A DNA stretch of 62,378 nucleotides, counting the filler. It is 3 parts of 3 records of this genome, joined end to end, with 100 filler letters (N's around TTAATTAATTAA, not from the genome) between each part and the next. Parts side by side here need not be neighbours in the genome. Positions count along the whole stretch, not along the records: positions 1 to 22,682 come from SRR20825006_1806; positions 22,783 to 46,353 come from SRR20825006_1810; 1 more part is not named here. One strand, given 5' to 3'. The notes under the pieces are model-generated. The model made no database searches. It was not told where the DNA came from and worked only from the letters and a program-made list of their open reading frames with translations. Within the stretch, counting starts at the first letter, position 1; each line of letters opens with the position of its first letter. Positions 20,031 through 29,061 of the stretch are shown here, one piece after another. The translations under genes and the position numbers were made by a program.

Positions 20031-20061
20031 AAAGTCTGTCGGAAACGATGGACTTTTTTTT
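20031..20061. terminator. Terminator between dnaN and the DUF5916 gene
   Basis: AAAGTCTGTCG-GAAA-CGATGGACTTT hairpin with T-run. Confidence 0.75.
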
Positions 20062-20064
20062 GTC

Positions 20065-22533
20065 CTAAAAATCTTCCGTTTTCCTTTCTCTACGACGGAA
20101 GTAAATAGCATCGATATACACGAGTAACTTAGCCGAGATGCTATTGATTTGCGGTCGCTCGAATAATGTGTCGAAAGTGTCGAAATAACTAGGAAGAAGT
20201 TCTGATTGAGAAGCGAAAATATTGTTTTTATAGACCACTCGAATTTCACTTCCAGGGAAAAACACCCATCGGTAATTGACATCTAATGTGAAAGCATTAA
20301 AACTTGTGTTGTGCGCAGAACTTCCGTCATTTTGTAGTGGATAATAATCACTGCTTTCGAGCACACCTTTATCATGTAAGGAAACAAAATAAGAATAATC
20401 CACTTGTTGCCAATAGTGACGTAACTCAAGACCGACACCCATGCGTTTCGTGAAAATATACTCCATGTTGAGTGAATTTTCTACAATCTCTCGATTTCGA
20501 ACACCAAGTATTAGATCATCGGAAAAATTATTATCTAAAATTCGAACATAGCCAAAGTCATGAATGATAAAGTCCAACGTACTTTGCCAAACAACAAAAA
20601 CACGGTCAGACAGTCGAACTCTAGGGCTCAATGTTAGACTCACTCCTTTCTGTGCAGAATTAAAGAATTGTTTGTAGGAAGTTCGCACATCCAACGCAAC
20701 TCTTTTACTATAATCACTCGAAATAAAACCACCGATTGTAAAATTCTCGTCGAATCGAACTTCCTTTCCAAATTTTCGTGATTCAAAGTGATCTACTTCC
20801 CCAAATGGGTTGACGTTTCCGTTTACTCCAAGTGTTAAGAAATTCTTAAGTGTTCCTGTGGCATCCCAACCAATATTTGCATACGAAAACAAACGCGGTT
20901 TGTACAGTTCTTCATAATATGCGCCCACACCTCCCCATTTTCGTAAAAAGTGCTTCCCAGGCGTGAAGTCATTAAAGCTTGCGTAAGCGGCATAATACCG
21001 AGAATTGTTATTGTACAAAAAGCCTAAATCATTCGGATCATAATTATCCGATTCTTCGCCGTATTCAATATTGTATCTGAAAGTACCACTTACCTTTTCA
21101 AAATTCTGATACGTTGAATGACCAATATCTGCCTTCCCGTTCATGAAAATTGAGGAGATTTTTACGGTAGAAGTAACGCTGTATTTTCTATCAGCAGAAA
21201 ACAGATTTGCTTGTCCAACAGTAACATTTGCATCCGGATCATTCCCTTGACGCATAACATTTGTATTCACAAGAGAAACAGTGCTATTATTTTTAAGCGA
21301 TTGAGAAAGTACGAACACATTGTAATTCGTTAAACTATGTGTTTGAATACTTCGAGTATTCCCTATACTATCACGAATTTCTGCGAAGGCTTCACCTTCA
21401 ATTGCGTTAAAAACACCGATTCCGAGTCCGCTGTTTGTTCTTCCCGAAACTTTCGTAGCATTCAGTAAAGGTGCAATGGATGGATTACTCACCATTTCCT
21501 CTCCTTTCGAATCATCTAGCTCATCGTAGGCATCATTAAAATGATATGGTTTCGCACCAATTCGCCTTGAATAGAAGACACTTCCGATGCTAAATAAATC
21601 CGTTCCTTCCAGAAAAAATGGTCTATTCTCTGCGAATTGAACTTCAAAAGGACCAAGATTCAGAATCTGACGATCAGAGACCGTTTGTCCAAAATCGGGA
21701 ATGAGCGTCATGTCGAGCGTAAACGCGTCATTTAACCCATATTTCAAATCGAGCCCACCGTTTATGCGTTGTCGCCATTCTTTCTCATTCGTTAAATTAT
21801 TGGTGTAATTCTCCAAATACCCTGTAACATAAGGCGTTAAAGATAAACGCAAGGGCGATTTTACCTTTTCTATTCCAACCAACTTTCCAGCTTGTGTAAT
21901 GTCGCCAAAAATTGTTGGATCAATAGGATTCCAGTAGGATTCTTCCCGATTTCTGCGCACACTTCTCGAAAGGTTAATATTCCATTCTTGAACATTTTTA
22001 TTCGGGAATCGAATTGCAGAAAACGGAATTCTCATTTCAAAAGACCAACCGTCATCTCTTCGTTGAGTTGCGCTTTTCCAAACGGAATTCCATGAAATAT
22101 CTATGTCATTTTGAAATTCCATCGCGTCCCATTCAACACCCGCAGAAGTCACTAGAAAACTAAAAGCATTAACATTGTTCGCGTAAGGATCGATTGTAAT
22201 TCCAAACCAATCAGCATTGCCGGTATCATCTCGCTGTGAAAGCGTATAACTCACAGAATCTGGGGAATGATCGTATAAAATACCACCGATGTAAATCGCA
22301 TCATTATCATAATACAAATATACCTTGGAAGGGAACGCTGAAGGTTCTCCGGCATTTGGATATCGTACGGTAAAATTATCAGCCAATTCAGCCTCAGCCC
22401 ATTGTGGCTCTGTTAGTTCACCGTCTATTTTTGCTTCAGAATTTGACTGTTTGATGTGGTAAACCCGTTGCCCGAAAGAACATCCAATAGTGAGGAAGAT
22501 TACAAGGGGCAGTATGAGAAATCCATTTTTCAA
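20065..22533 (-). CDS. CBM9-like domain plus DUF5916 protein
   Basis: IDGELTEPQW, WSFEMRIPFSAIRF, LIPDFGQT, ENRPFFLEG, YSRRIG; TTG start. Confidence 0.82.
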   Translation of the reverse strand: MKNGFLILPLVIFLTIGCSFGQRVYHIKQSNSEAKIDGELTEPQWAEAELADNFTVRYPNAGEPSAFPSKVYLYYDNDAIYIGGILYDHSPDSVSYTLSQRDDTGNADWFGITIDPYANNVNAFSFLVTSAGVEWDAMEFQNDIDISWNSVWKSATQRRDDGWSFEMRIPFSAIRFPNKNVQEWNINLSRSVRRNREESYWNPIDPTIFGDITQAGKLVGIEKVKSPLRLSLTPYVTGYLENYTNNLTNEKEWRQRINGGLDLKYGLNDAFTLDMTLIPDFGQTVSDRQILNLGPFEVQFAENRPFFLEGTDLFSIGSVFYSRRIGAKPYHFNDAYDELDDSKGEEMVSNPSIAPLLNATKVSGRTNSGLGIGVFNAIEGEAFAEIRDSIGNTRSIQTHSLTNYNVFVLSQSLKNNSTVSLVNTNVMRQGNDPDANVTVGQANLFSADRKYSVTSTVKISSIFMNGKADIGHSTYQNFEKVSGTFRYNIEYGEESDNYDPNDLGFLYNNNSRYYAAYASFNDFTPGKHFLRKWGGVGAYYEELYKPRLFSYANIGWDATGTLKNFLTLGVNGNVNPFGEVDHFESRKFGKEVRFDENFTIGGFISSDYSKRVALDVRTSYKQFFNSAQKGVSLTLSPRVRLSDRVFVVWQSTLDFIIHDFGYVRILDNNFSDDLILGVRNREIVENSLNMEYIFTKRMGVGLELRHYWQQVDYSYFVSLHDKGVLESSDYYPLQNDGSSAHNTSFNAFTLDVNYRWVFFPGSEIRVVYKNNIFASQSELLPSYFDTFDTLFERPQINSISAKLLVYIDAIYFRRRERKTEDF

Positions 22534-22682
22534 AAGTAGAAGAAGTAGCGAAAATAGTGAATGACGCTTTCTTTGAAGGGAATTGCAGAGTATTTTATGA
22601 CTTTTTAAGAAAATAAACTTTGAAAAATGCGATCTGCCAGAGAATTAAAAGGTCAGAATTGAGCTACAAATACACAAACATC

Positions 22683-22782
22683 NNNNNNNNNNNNNNNNNN
22701 NNNNNNNNNNNNNNNNNNNNNNNNNNTTAATTAATTAANNNNNNNNNNNNNNNNNNNNNNNNNNNNNNNNNNNNNNNNNNNN
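22683..22782. other. Artificial contig linker
   Basis: N44 + TTAATTAATTAA (stops in six frames) + N44; abrupt GC and taxon change. Confidence 0.98.
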
Positions 22783-22929
22783 GCGCGTGGTGCCGCCCGC
22801 GCCATAGGTCACGGAGACAAAGCCCGGCTGCATGTGTTCAAGCGCCTGCACCGTTTCAAACAGGCTGAAACAGGCTTCGATGTTCTTCGGCGGGAAGAAT
22901 TCAAAAGAGATGTTGGGCGCTTGGGTCAT
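22783..22929 (-). CDS. metF: 5,10-methylenetetrahydrofolate reductase, 5' part only (contig end)
   Basis: [15 protein letters not shown]...[11 protein letters not shown]; divergent from metR. Confidence 0.93.
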
Positions 22930-22976
22930 CGTTGTGTCCTTATCAATCGGCGGCCCTTGTCTCACAGCCGTTGATG

Positions 22977-23020
22977 TGAGACAAATTCATAATTCTCAAG
23001 ATCAACATGAGTGTCATTCA
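22977..23020. promoter_or_regulatory. Two MetR-type boxes
   Basis: TGAGACAAATTCA (22977-22989) and TGAGTGTCATTCA (23008-23020), T-N11-A LysR palindromes between metF and metR. Confidence 0.7.
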
Positions 23021-23022
23021 CA

Positions 23023-23928
23023 ATGCATCTCGAATTTCGCCACCTGCGTACCATCAAAGCGATTTATGAAGAAGGCGGTTTGGCGCGGGCCGCCGACCGG
23101 CTTCACATCACCCAATCGGCTCTGTCGCATCAGGTCAAAGGGCTTGAGGATCAGGCCGGAGTCGAGTTGTTTGTGCGCCGTTCAAAGCCGCTGAAGCTGT
23201 CGGCGGCGGGGATGCGGCTTTTGGCGCTGGCCGAAGAGGTCTTGCCCCGCGTTGAGGCGCTTGAGGCCGAATTTCGCGGCATTGAGGACGGCACATCCGG
23301 GCGGCTGCATATCGCGATGGAATGCCACGCCTGTTTCGATTGGCTGTTTCCGGTGCTCAATCAGTTCCGCAAGGCCTGGCCGGAGATTGACGTCGATATC
23401 CGGCAACGTCTGGCCTTTGGTGCGCTGCCGGCTTTGGAGCGCGAAGAGGTCGATCTGGTGATTTCCTCCGACCCGGACACGATCGCGGGCGTGACCTTTG
23501 TGCCGCTGTTTGATTATGCGCCGATGTGCGTGATGGCGGCAAAACACCCGCTCGCGGCCAAGCCCTATGTCGATGCCGAGGATTTTCGTGATCAAACCCT
23601 GATCACCTACCCGATGGATCGGGCACGGTTGGATGTGTTCAAAGAGTTGCTGACGCCTGCGGGGGTTGAACCCGCCACGGTGCGTCAGGTCGAATTGACC
23701 GATGTGATCCTGATGCTGGTCGCGGCGGGGCGGGGGATTTCGGTGCTGCCCGATTGGGTGATGCGCGACATACGCAGCCACCCGGATTATGCCGTACGCC
23801 CGCTGACCGCCACAGGCGTGACACGGCGGATGTATGCCGGGGTGCGCGTCGATGACGCGACCAAACCCTATATGGCCCATGTCCTGCGCATCGCCAAAAC
23901 CGAAGCGGTGAAATTGCAACGGGGATGA
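23023..23928 (+). CDS. metR: LysR-family regulator MetR
   Basis: MHLEFRHLRTI, TQSALSHQ, ECHACFDWL; divergent from metF. Confidence 0.93.
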   Translation: MHLEFRHLRTIKAIYEEGGLARAADRLHITQSALSHQVKGLEDQAGVELFVRRSKPLKLSAAGMRLLALAEEVLPRVEALEAEFRGIEDGTSGRLHIAMECHACFDWLFPVLNQFRKAWPEIDVDIRQRLAFGALPALEREEVDLVISSDPDTIAGVTFVPLFDYAPMCVMAAKHPLAAKPYVDAEDFRDQTLITYPMDRARLDVFKELLTPAGVEPATVRQVELTDVILMLVAAGRGISVLPDWVMRDIRSHPDYAVRPLTATGVTRRMYAGVRVDDATKPYMAHVLRIAKTEAVKLQRG

Positions 23929-24279
23929 TCAGGCTTTGAGCAGGGTCTCAAATGTGCCGAAAATCATGCGTTTGCCGTCAAAGGGCATGTCACCCAAGGC
24001 GGCGATCCGTTCATCTGTTTCCATCGCCGTTATACAGGCCTCAGCCGATGCCATGTCAGGCCATTCGATAAAGGATGTCACGACTGTCTCATCCGGGCCA
24101 AGTTGAACCGCCATGGGTAGGGACGTGACCTCGCCCGGCGGTACAAATGCGCCCCATCCCTCAAACACCTGCAATGCGCCGAATTCTTTGAAAAAAGGTG
24201 CCATGCCGGTGGAAACGCGCAGATAGGCCTCTTTCTGTGCTGTTGGTACGGGAATGATCGCGATCTGAAAGTAGGACAT
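23929..24279 (-). CDS. DUF1428 family protein
   Basis: GEVTSLPMAV, IEWPD, MPFDGKRMIFGTF. Confidence 0.85.
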   Translation of the reverse strand: MSYFQIAIIPVPTAQKEAYLRVSTGMAPFFKEFGALQVFEGWGAFVPPGEVTSLPMAVQLGPDETVVTSFIEWPDMASAEACITAMETDERIAALGDMPFDGKRMIFGTFETLLKA

Positions 24280-24442
24280 TCAAAACCTCATTTATGGGGA
24301 ATGGGAGAAAATGCGGGTATGTTACCATGTAAAAGCTGAAAGGAGACCAATTCTTTGCCCACAAACCCTTGGCAGCGCGGGTTTCGCGGCGTATACGCCC
24401 GGTTTGAACATCTCTCGACATCTCTGACCCGGAGCCCGGACC

Positions 24443-25231
24443 ATGCAAGGCAGTGCCAATCTCAACGTTATGATCAAAGCCGCACGTAGCGCGGGGCGCT
24501 CTCTTGTGAAAGACTTCCGCGAAGTCGAGAACCTTCAGGTCTCGTCCAAGGGCGCGGGCGATTTTGTGTCCAAAGCCGATATCACCGCCGAGCAGATCAT
24601 CCGCGAAATGTTGATGGAGGCACGACCGACCTATGGGTGGGTGGGCGAAGAAAGCAAACCCGTTGAGGGCAAGGATCCGACCCGTCGCTGGATCGTCGAT
24701 CCGCTTGATGGCACGACAAATTTTCTGCACGGCCTGCCGCATTGGGCGGTGTCGATTGCGCTTGAGCATAAGGGTGAGATTGTATCCGCCGTGGTGTTTG
24801 ACCCGGCCAAGGGCGAATTGTTCTGGGCCGAAAAGGGCAATGGTGCCTGGATGAATGACATGCGTCTGCGCGTGTCTGGTCGTTCGAAAATGATCGAGGC
24901 GATTTTTGCCACCGGCCTGCCCTTTGGCGGTCGGGCCGATTTGCCCGAAACCCTGCGCGATTTGGCGCGGGTGTTGCCGGCCTGTGCCGGTGTGCGCCGT
25001 TGGGGCGCGGCCGCGCTTGATCTCGCCTATGTGGCGGCGGGGCGCTATGACGGGTTCTGGGAGCGCCGTTTGAATTCCTGGGACATGGCGGCGGGGCTTT
25101 TGTTGGTGAAAGAGGCCGGTGGTATCGTCGAACCGCTGCACCCCGAAGGCAATGCGCTTGAGGATGGTGAAGTGATTTGCGCCAATGAGGCGTTGTTCAA
25201 CCGCTTTGCCGACGTGATCCGGGCCGCCTGA
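24443..25231 (+). CDS. suhB: Inositol monophosphatase SuhB
   Basis: WIVDPLDGTTNFLHG, GAAALDLAYVAAGR, WDMAAG. Confidence 0.93.
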   Translation: MQGSANLNVMIKAARSAGRSLVKDFREVENLQVSSKGAGDFVSKADITAEQIIREMLMEARPTYGWVGEESKPVEGKDPTRRWIVDPLDGTTNFLHGLPHWAVSIALEHKGEIVSAVVFDPAKGELFWAEKGNGAWMNDMRLRVSGRSKMIEAIFATGLPFGGRADLPETLRDLARVLPACAGVRRWGAAALDLAYVAAGRYDGFWERRLNSWDMAAGLLLVKEAGGIVEPLHPEGNALEDGEVICANEALFNRFADVIRAA

Positions 25232-25279
25232 GCCAGAGTCGGGTCGCGCGTGTTTACGGCGTTTCTGTACAATTTACAT

Positions 25280-25295
25280 TTAATTAGGCTTTTAC
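25280..25295 (+). promoter_or_regulatory. CtrA-like box upstream of the pilin gene
   Basis: TTAA-TTAGGCT-TTTAC versus consensus TTAA-N7-TTAAC. Confidence 0.45.
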
Positions 25296-25425
25296 CCGTC
25301 GTGGCGTGAACAATGCCTTGGGTAAGGTCCGTTTTTCACCGGATAGGCTGTGAATTGCCCGGTATCCGCCCAATTTTCGTCGTTTTTTCATGGGAAATCG
25401 AACGGATCATTGGAGGGATAAAACC

Positions 25426-25623
25426 GTGACACGTCGAATTCTTAAGTCTATCCGGCACTATGTGGCCGACGAAAACGGTGCGGTGACCGTTGATTGGGTT
25501 GTTTTGGTATCGGCGATCATCGGGTTGGCGATCCCGATTATTGCACTTATTTATAAGGGTATGGATGTGTCTGCGGCGAATATCGACACGACCTTGTCAG
25601 CCATTTCAATTGTGACGAACTGA
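25426..25623 (+). CDS. Flp/TadE-like pilin
   Basis: GGAGG RBS, GTG start, DENG|AVTVDWVVL followed by a hydrophobic helix. Confidence 0.75.
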   Translation: MTRRILKSIRHYVADENGAVTVDWVVLVSAIIGLAIPIIALIYKGMDVSAANIDTTLSAISIVTN

Positions 25624-25667
25624 TCAATTGTGACGGGCTGATCCACGGCTATCCCTTACGTTGTGAA

Positions 25668-26045
25668 TTACCGATCCGCGGGATGATGCACGCCATCCAT
25701 CCACGGCACGTCTGAGAGATCGGACGGGTTCACCCCCACAATTGCCCCGGCGTTGACCCCGTATTGCTGCGGGTTCGAGCGGCGTTGATGATGGGTGTAG
25801 ATGCCACATATGCTGCAAAAATAATGTTTCGCCGTCATTGTTCCAAATTGGTAGAGGCTGAGACTCTCGCCTCTTACGACCTCGATCCCCCCCAAGGCTG
25901 CCGTCACCATAATGGCCCCGCGCCGCCGACAGAGCGAACAATCGCACCGTCGTGCGGTGTTTAACCCGTCCAAAAGCTGAACGTTGAGTTCGACCCCACC
26001 GCAATGGCAGGTCACGGTCACGGGGGTACTGAAATCTTGGGTCAT
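25668..26045 (-). CDS. GFA (CENP-V) family protein
   Basis: CHCG, CDCSLC, HYFCSICG. Confidence 0.9.
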   Translation of the reverse strand: MTQDFSTPVTVTCHCGGVELNVQLLDGLNTARRCDCSLCRRRGAIMVTAALGGIEVVRGESLSLYQFGTMTAKHYFCSICGIYTHHQRRSNPQQYGVNAGAIVGVNPSDLSDVPWMDGVHHPADR

Positions 26046-26785
26046 TTGCGCCTTCTGACTTTGGGTACGGATGTGGGTTGGAACCGATAGCGGGCCTCAG
26101 AGTGGGGCGGTGCGCCGTCTGTGCGATCCCAAAACGCCCGCCCGCCGAGGCGCCGCCAAAGCGGATAGGTGGCAAGAATTCCGGCGATAAACCCGCCGAT
26201 ATGGGCCAGATAGGCCACGCCCCCGTTGCCGCTCGCGCCAACTTCGCCGACAATTTGAAAGGCAAACCAAAGCCCAAGCATCAACCATGCAGGCAGAGGG
26301 ATGACTTTGAAAAAGATGATGAAAAAGAGAAAGACATCGACACGCGCCTTTGGGAACAAAAGCATATAGCCGCCTAAAACCCCGGCAATCGCGCCAGAGG
26401 CCCCGACCATCGGCACACGCGCATCCGGGGCGGCCATATATTGCGCCAGCCCGGCGGCCAGACCACAGAACAGGTAAAATCCAAGATAGCGCATATGCCC
26501 CATCTCATCCTCAAGGTTATCGCCAAAGATCCACAAAAACAGCATGTTACCGGCAATATGCAGGACGCTGCCGTGCATGAACATGGAGGTGAGCATAGTG
26601 TAATACCCATCCCCCATGGAAATCCGTGCGGGCACCATCGCCCAGGTGGAATAGAGGCCAAGCAAGGCCCGATCATCGCCATATGAGGGCAGCATGGCCA
26701 TGAACACCGCCGCGTTGAGCGCGATCAACGCATAGGTGACAAGCGCGGGGCGGCGGGAAGGGTTGTGGTCGCGAATTGGAAACAT
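26042..26785 (-). CDS. Rhomboid intramembrane serine protease
   Basis: MFPIRDHNP start, HIAGNM, GASG, AHIGG. Confidence 0.92.
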   Translation of the reverse strand: MFPIRDHNPSRRPALVTYALIALNAAVFMAMLPSYGDDRALLGLYSTWAMVPARISMGDGYYTMLTSMFMHGSVLHIAGNMLFLWIFGDNLEDEMGHMRYLGFYLFCGLAAGLAQYMAAPDARVPMVGASGAIAGVLGGYMLLFPKARVDVFLFFIIFFKVIPLPAWLMLGLWFAFQIVGEVGASGNGGVAYLAHIGGFIAGILATYPLWRRLGGRAFWDRTDGAPPHSEARYRFQPTSVPKVRRRK

Positions 26786-26943
26786 GCCGCCACTTTGATC
26801 GAGAATGAAAGCCTTTGGCAATTCATTTGCGGCAGGGCGGACGTGTTAAAAGCCAGTATCGCAATGTTGCACAGCGTTTTGCCAAAACCTGTGTGGAAGA
26901 CTTTTCGCACGTGCTTTCGTTGCTCTCAAGCGCCGCTTCCCTC

Positions 26944-26971
26944 TTTACACTGCCCGCGCCGGCAGTATGGT
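26944..26971 (+). promoter_or_regulatory. Sigma70-type promoter of tRNA-Leu
   Basis: TTTACA-N16-TATGGT, 20 nt upstream of the tRNA. Confidence 0.45.
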
Positions 26972-26991
26972 CTGCCATCACAGCCCCGCGT

Positions 26992-27077
26992 GCCCGCGTG
27001 GTGGAATGGTAGACACATGAGACTTAAAATCTCCCGGCCGAATGGCCGTGCCGGTTCGAGTCCGGCCGCGGGCACCA
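26992..27077 (+). tRNA. tRNA-Leu (anticodon TAA)
   Basis: GCCCGCG/CGCGGGC acceptor stem, D-loop GG, loop CTTAAAA, long variable arm, GTTCGAGTC, encoded CCA. Confidence 0.96.
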
Positions 27078-27152
27078 AGACATTTTCGTGTTTGTGGGAG
27101 GGCCTGCCCCAGGGCAGCAGGCCGCAAGAGATGAGACCTGTAGGAATCAAAT

Positions 27153-27998
27153 GTGATGCGCCACCTCTTCCCTCCCTTTTCCAAAACACTCCGCCGGGGC
27201 GTCGGTGCGCTTCAGTTCCTCTCGAAAAAGCCGATCCTGGATCAAATCTGTGCTGATATTGTCGCGGGATTGGTGCCGTCAAATGTACAGGGGGATCAAG
27301 GGCCAGTTTGGGTCTACATGGGGGTTCACAAGCGGTTTGGGGCAGAATGGATGCGTCGTGGTTTGAAAATAGCAGTTCAAACCGAGCAGTTTTACGACGA
27401 GTCCGGCCATCCGCTTTGGGCGTCCCGCAACCGCAGGTTTTGCAAGGCGGTGCTTTCGGCGTTGAAACGGTGCGATGTTTTGTTGGATCTCTCCGCCTCC
27501 AATGAAAGATTTTATCAAGAATATGCCCCTGATTTGGCGAATAAGATCATCTATGGGCCGCATATTTTTCCAACTGTCCCCCCTGAATTTTGTCCGGCCT
27601 CCGACCCGCGTTTGATTTTTTTCGGCGCGCTCAATGCGCGGCGCAAAGCCGCATTGGATGGATACGCAGAGCGGGCCTGTGGTCTTGACGGTCAATATTT
27701 TAATGAGGATCTGCTCACGGCGTTGCGACCCTATGCCGGAGTCTTAAACCTGCATTTTGATGCAGGCACTTATACCGAAGCACCGCGCCTATTGTCCGCC
27801 ATGCGCGCGGGAAAAGTCATGGTGTCTGAGCCGCTTGCATCGGGGTTGGTTGCGGGGCAGCATTACTTTAAATTGGGCGCCGAATTTGATGAGACACAGG
27901 CGCGCGAAACCTTTGAGGCCTGTGCAACCTATCTCTGTGAAACCTATGAGTTTCAGACGTTTTTGGATGGGGTTCTGCGGGTTAACGCCGCCCTTTGA
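27153..27998 (+). CDS. Hypothetical protein, GT-B glycosyltransferase-like C-terminus
   Basis: [11 protein letters not shown] and VLNLH...EAPRL...AGKVMVSE pattern; start uncertain. Confidence 0.55.
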   Translation: MMRHLFPPFSKTLRRGVGALQFLSKKPILDQICADIVAGLVPSNVQGDQGPVWVYMGVHKRFGAEWMRRGLKIAVQTEQFYDESGHPLWASRNRRFCKAVLSALKRCDVLLDLSASNERFYQEYAPDLANKIIYGPHIFPTVPPEFCPASDPRLIFFGALNARRKAALDGYAERACGLDGQYFNEDLLTALRPYAGVLNLHFDAGTYTEAPRLLSAMRAGKVMVSEPLASGLVAGQHYFKLGAEFDETQARETFEACATYLCETYEFQTFLDGVLRVNAAL

Positions 27999-28899
27999 GG
28001 GCTTGTTCAATTTTGTGCAACGCGCTGAGCCACCACCGCGCTTTGACGTCCTTATAGACAAAGGGTTTGCGCACCTTGGGGTTGTCTGCCTCCAAAAAGG
28101 TTTCGGCGACCGGATAGGTGGACATGTCACGCGTTTTCATCGCTTTGATCTGGGCCGGCGTCATGTCTTTAAGGGTTTTCACATCCCTGCCCACCACACG
28201 CAGGGCGAGCTTGGCCGCAAGGGATTGGCCGCGATTGCGAAAAAACGGCACTTCGGGGCAGAAAAACACAAAAGGATGGGCCATTGTTGGCATCGGGGCG
28301 AAAAGCCTACGGGCCTGTTCGACATTGGCGGCCTCGCTGTTTTGCATCTGCCAATGGGCGGCGTGCAAGCGATCAACATGCATGAGGCTGATGTCGAAAT
28401 AGGCCATCCTTTTGGCGTGATTTTGGGCCGAGAGATCGTTACGCAGATCATAGAGGGACTGTTCGGGAACAGGGCGTAACAGGCGTTTGTAACGGGTTTC
28501 GCGAACGGATTTGATGAACAAAACGGAAAGAAAAGCGCGCTGCGGATCTGTTTCAAACGCGGATAGGATGGTGGCCCAATCGGATTGATCCAATGAACGC
28601 ACGACCTGCGTGTCATCTTGCAAGGTCAAAAGAAGGGTCCGATCTGCGCGGTCCAAAGCGCGCTGCATATTGTAGTACAGCCCGCCGTGGCGTCCCGCTG
28701 CATCCTGCGATCCGGGTTGAACTACCATGCCTTCGGGCAGGCTTGCGAGATAGGCCAGAGTGTCGGGGTCCGTGGAGGCATCATCAAAAATGGTGAGGCG
28801 CGCGCCGGGGCAATGCCGTTGAACTGACATGACACAGTTTTGCAAATAGGCCGCGCGGTTATAGGAAAAAATTGCGATGTCCAGATCATCGAACGTCAT
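27982..28899 (-). CDS. Glycosyltransferase family 2-like protein
   Basis: IAIFSYNR, IFDDASTDP, LTLQDD. Confidence 0.78.
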   Translation of the reverse strand: MTFDDLDIAIFSYNRAAYLQNCVMSVQRHCPGARLTIFDDASTDPDTLAYLASLPEGMVVQPGSQDAAGRHGGLYYNMQRALDRADRTLLLTLQDDTQVVRSLDQSDWATILSAFETDPQRAFLSVLFIKSVRETRYKRLLRPVPEQSLYDLRNDLSAQNHAKRMAYFDISLMHVDRLHAAHWQMQNSEAANVEQARRLFAPMPTMAHPFVFFCPEVPFFRNRGQSLAAKLALRVVGRDVKTLKDMTPAQIKAMKTRDMSTYPVAETFLEADNPKVRKPFVYKDVKARWWLSALHKIEQALKGRR

Positions 28900-28992
28900 G
28901 CGTCAGGCCCTGTGTTGCTTGTCTTTGCTCCGGGACACCATGTCAGAAAACGCGACTTTGATACAGTCCATTTCCCGACACAGATGTGCAAA

Positions 28993-29031
28993 ATACCGCG
29001 TCCAGATCATGCGTGAATCTGGACGCGGTAT
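28993..29031. terminator. Perfect 15-bp inverted repeat downstream of metG
   Basis: ATACCGCGTCCAGAT-N9-ATCTGGACGCGGTAT. Confidence 0.65.
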
Positions 29032-29061
29032 GTACAAATCGAACATTTAAGGCGCTGAGTG

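Noticed and set aside
22727..22738. TTAATTAATTAA as a biological repeat or att site (also at 46398-46409)
   Set aside because: It is a six-frame stop spacer embedded in N runs.
27078..29060. Prophage or integrative element at tRNA-Leu
   Set aside because: No integrase and no convincing duplicate of the tRNA 3' end.
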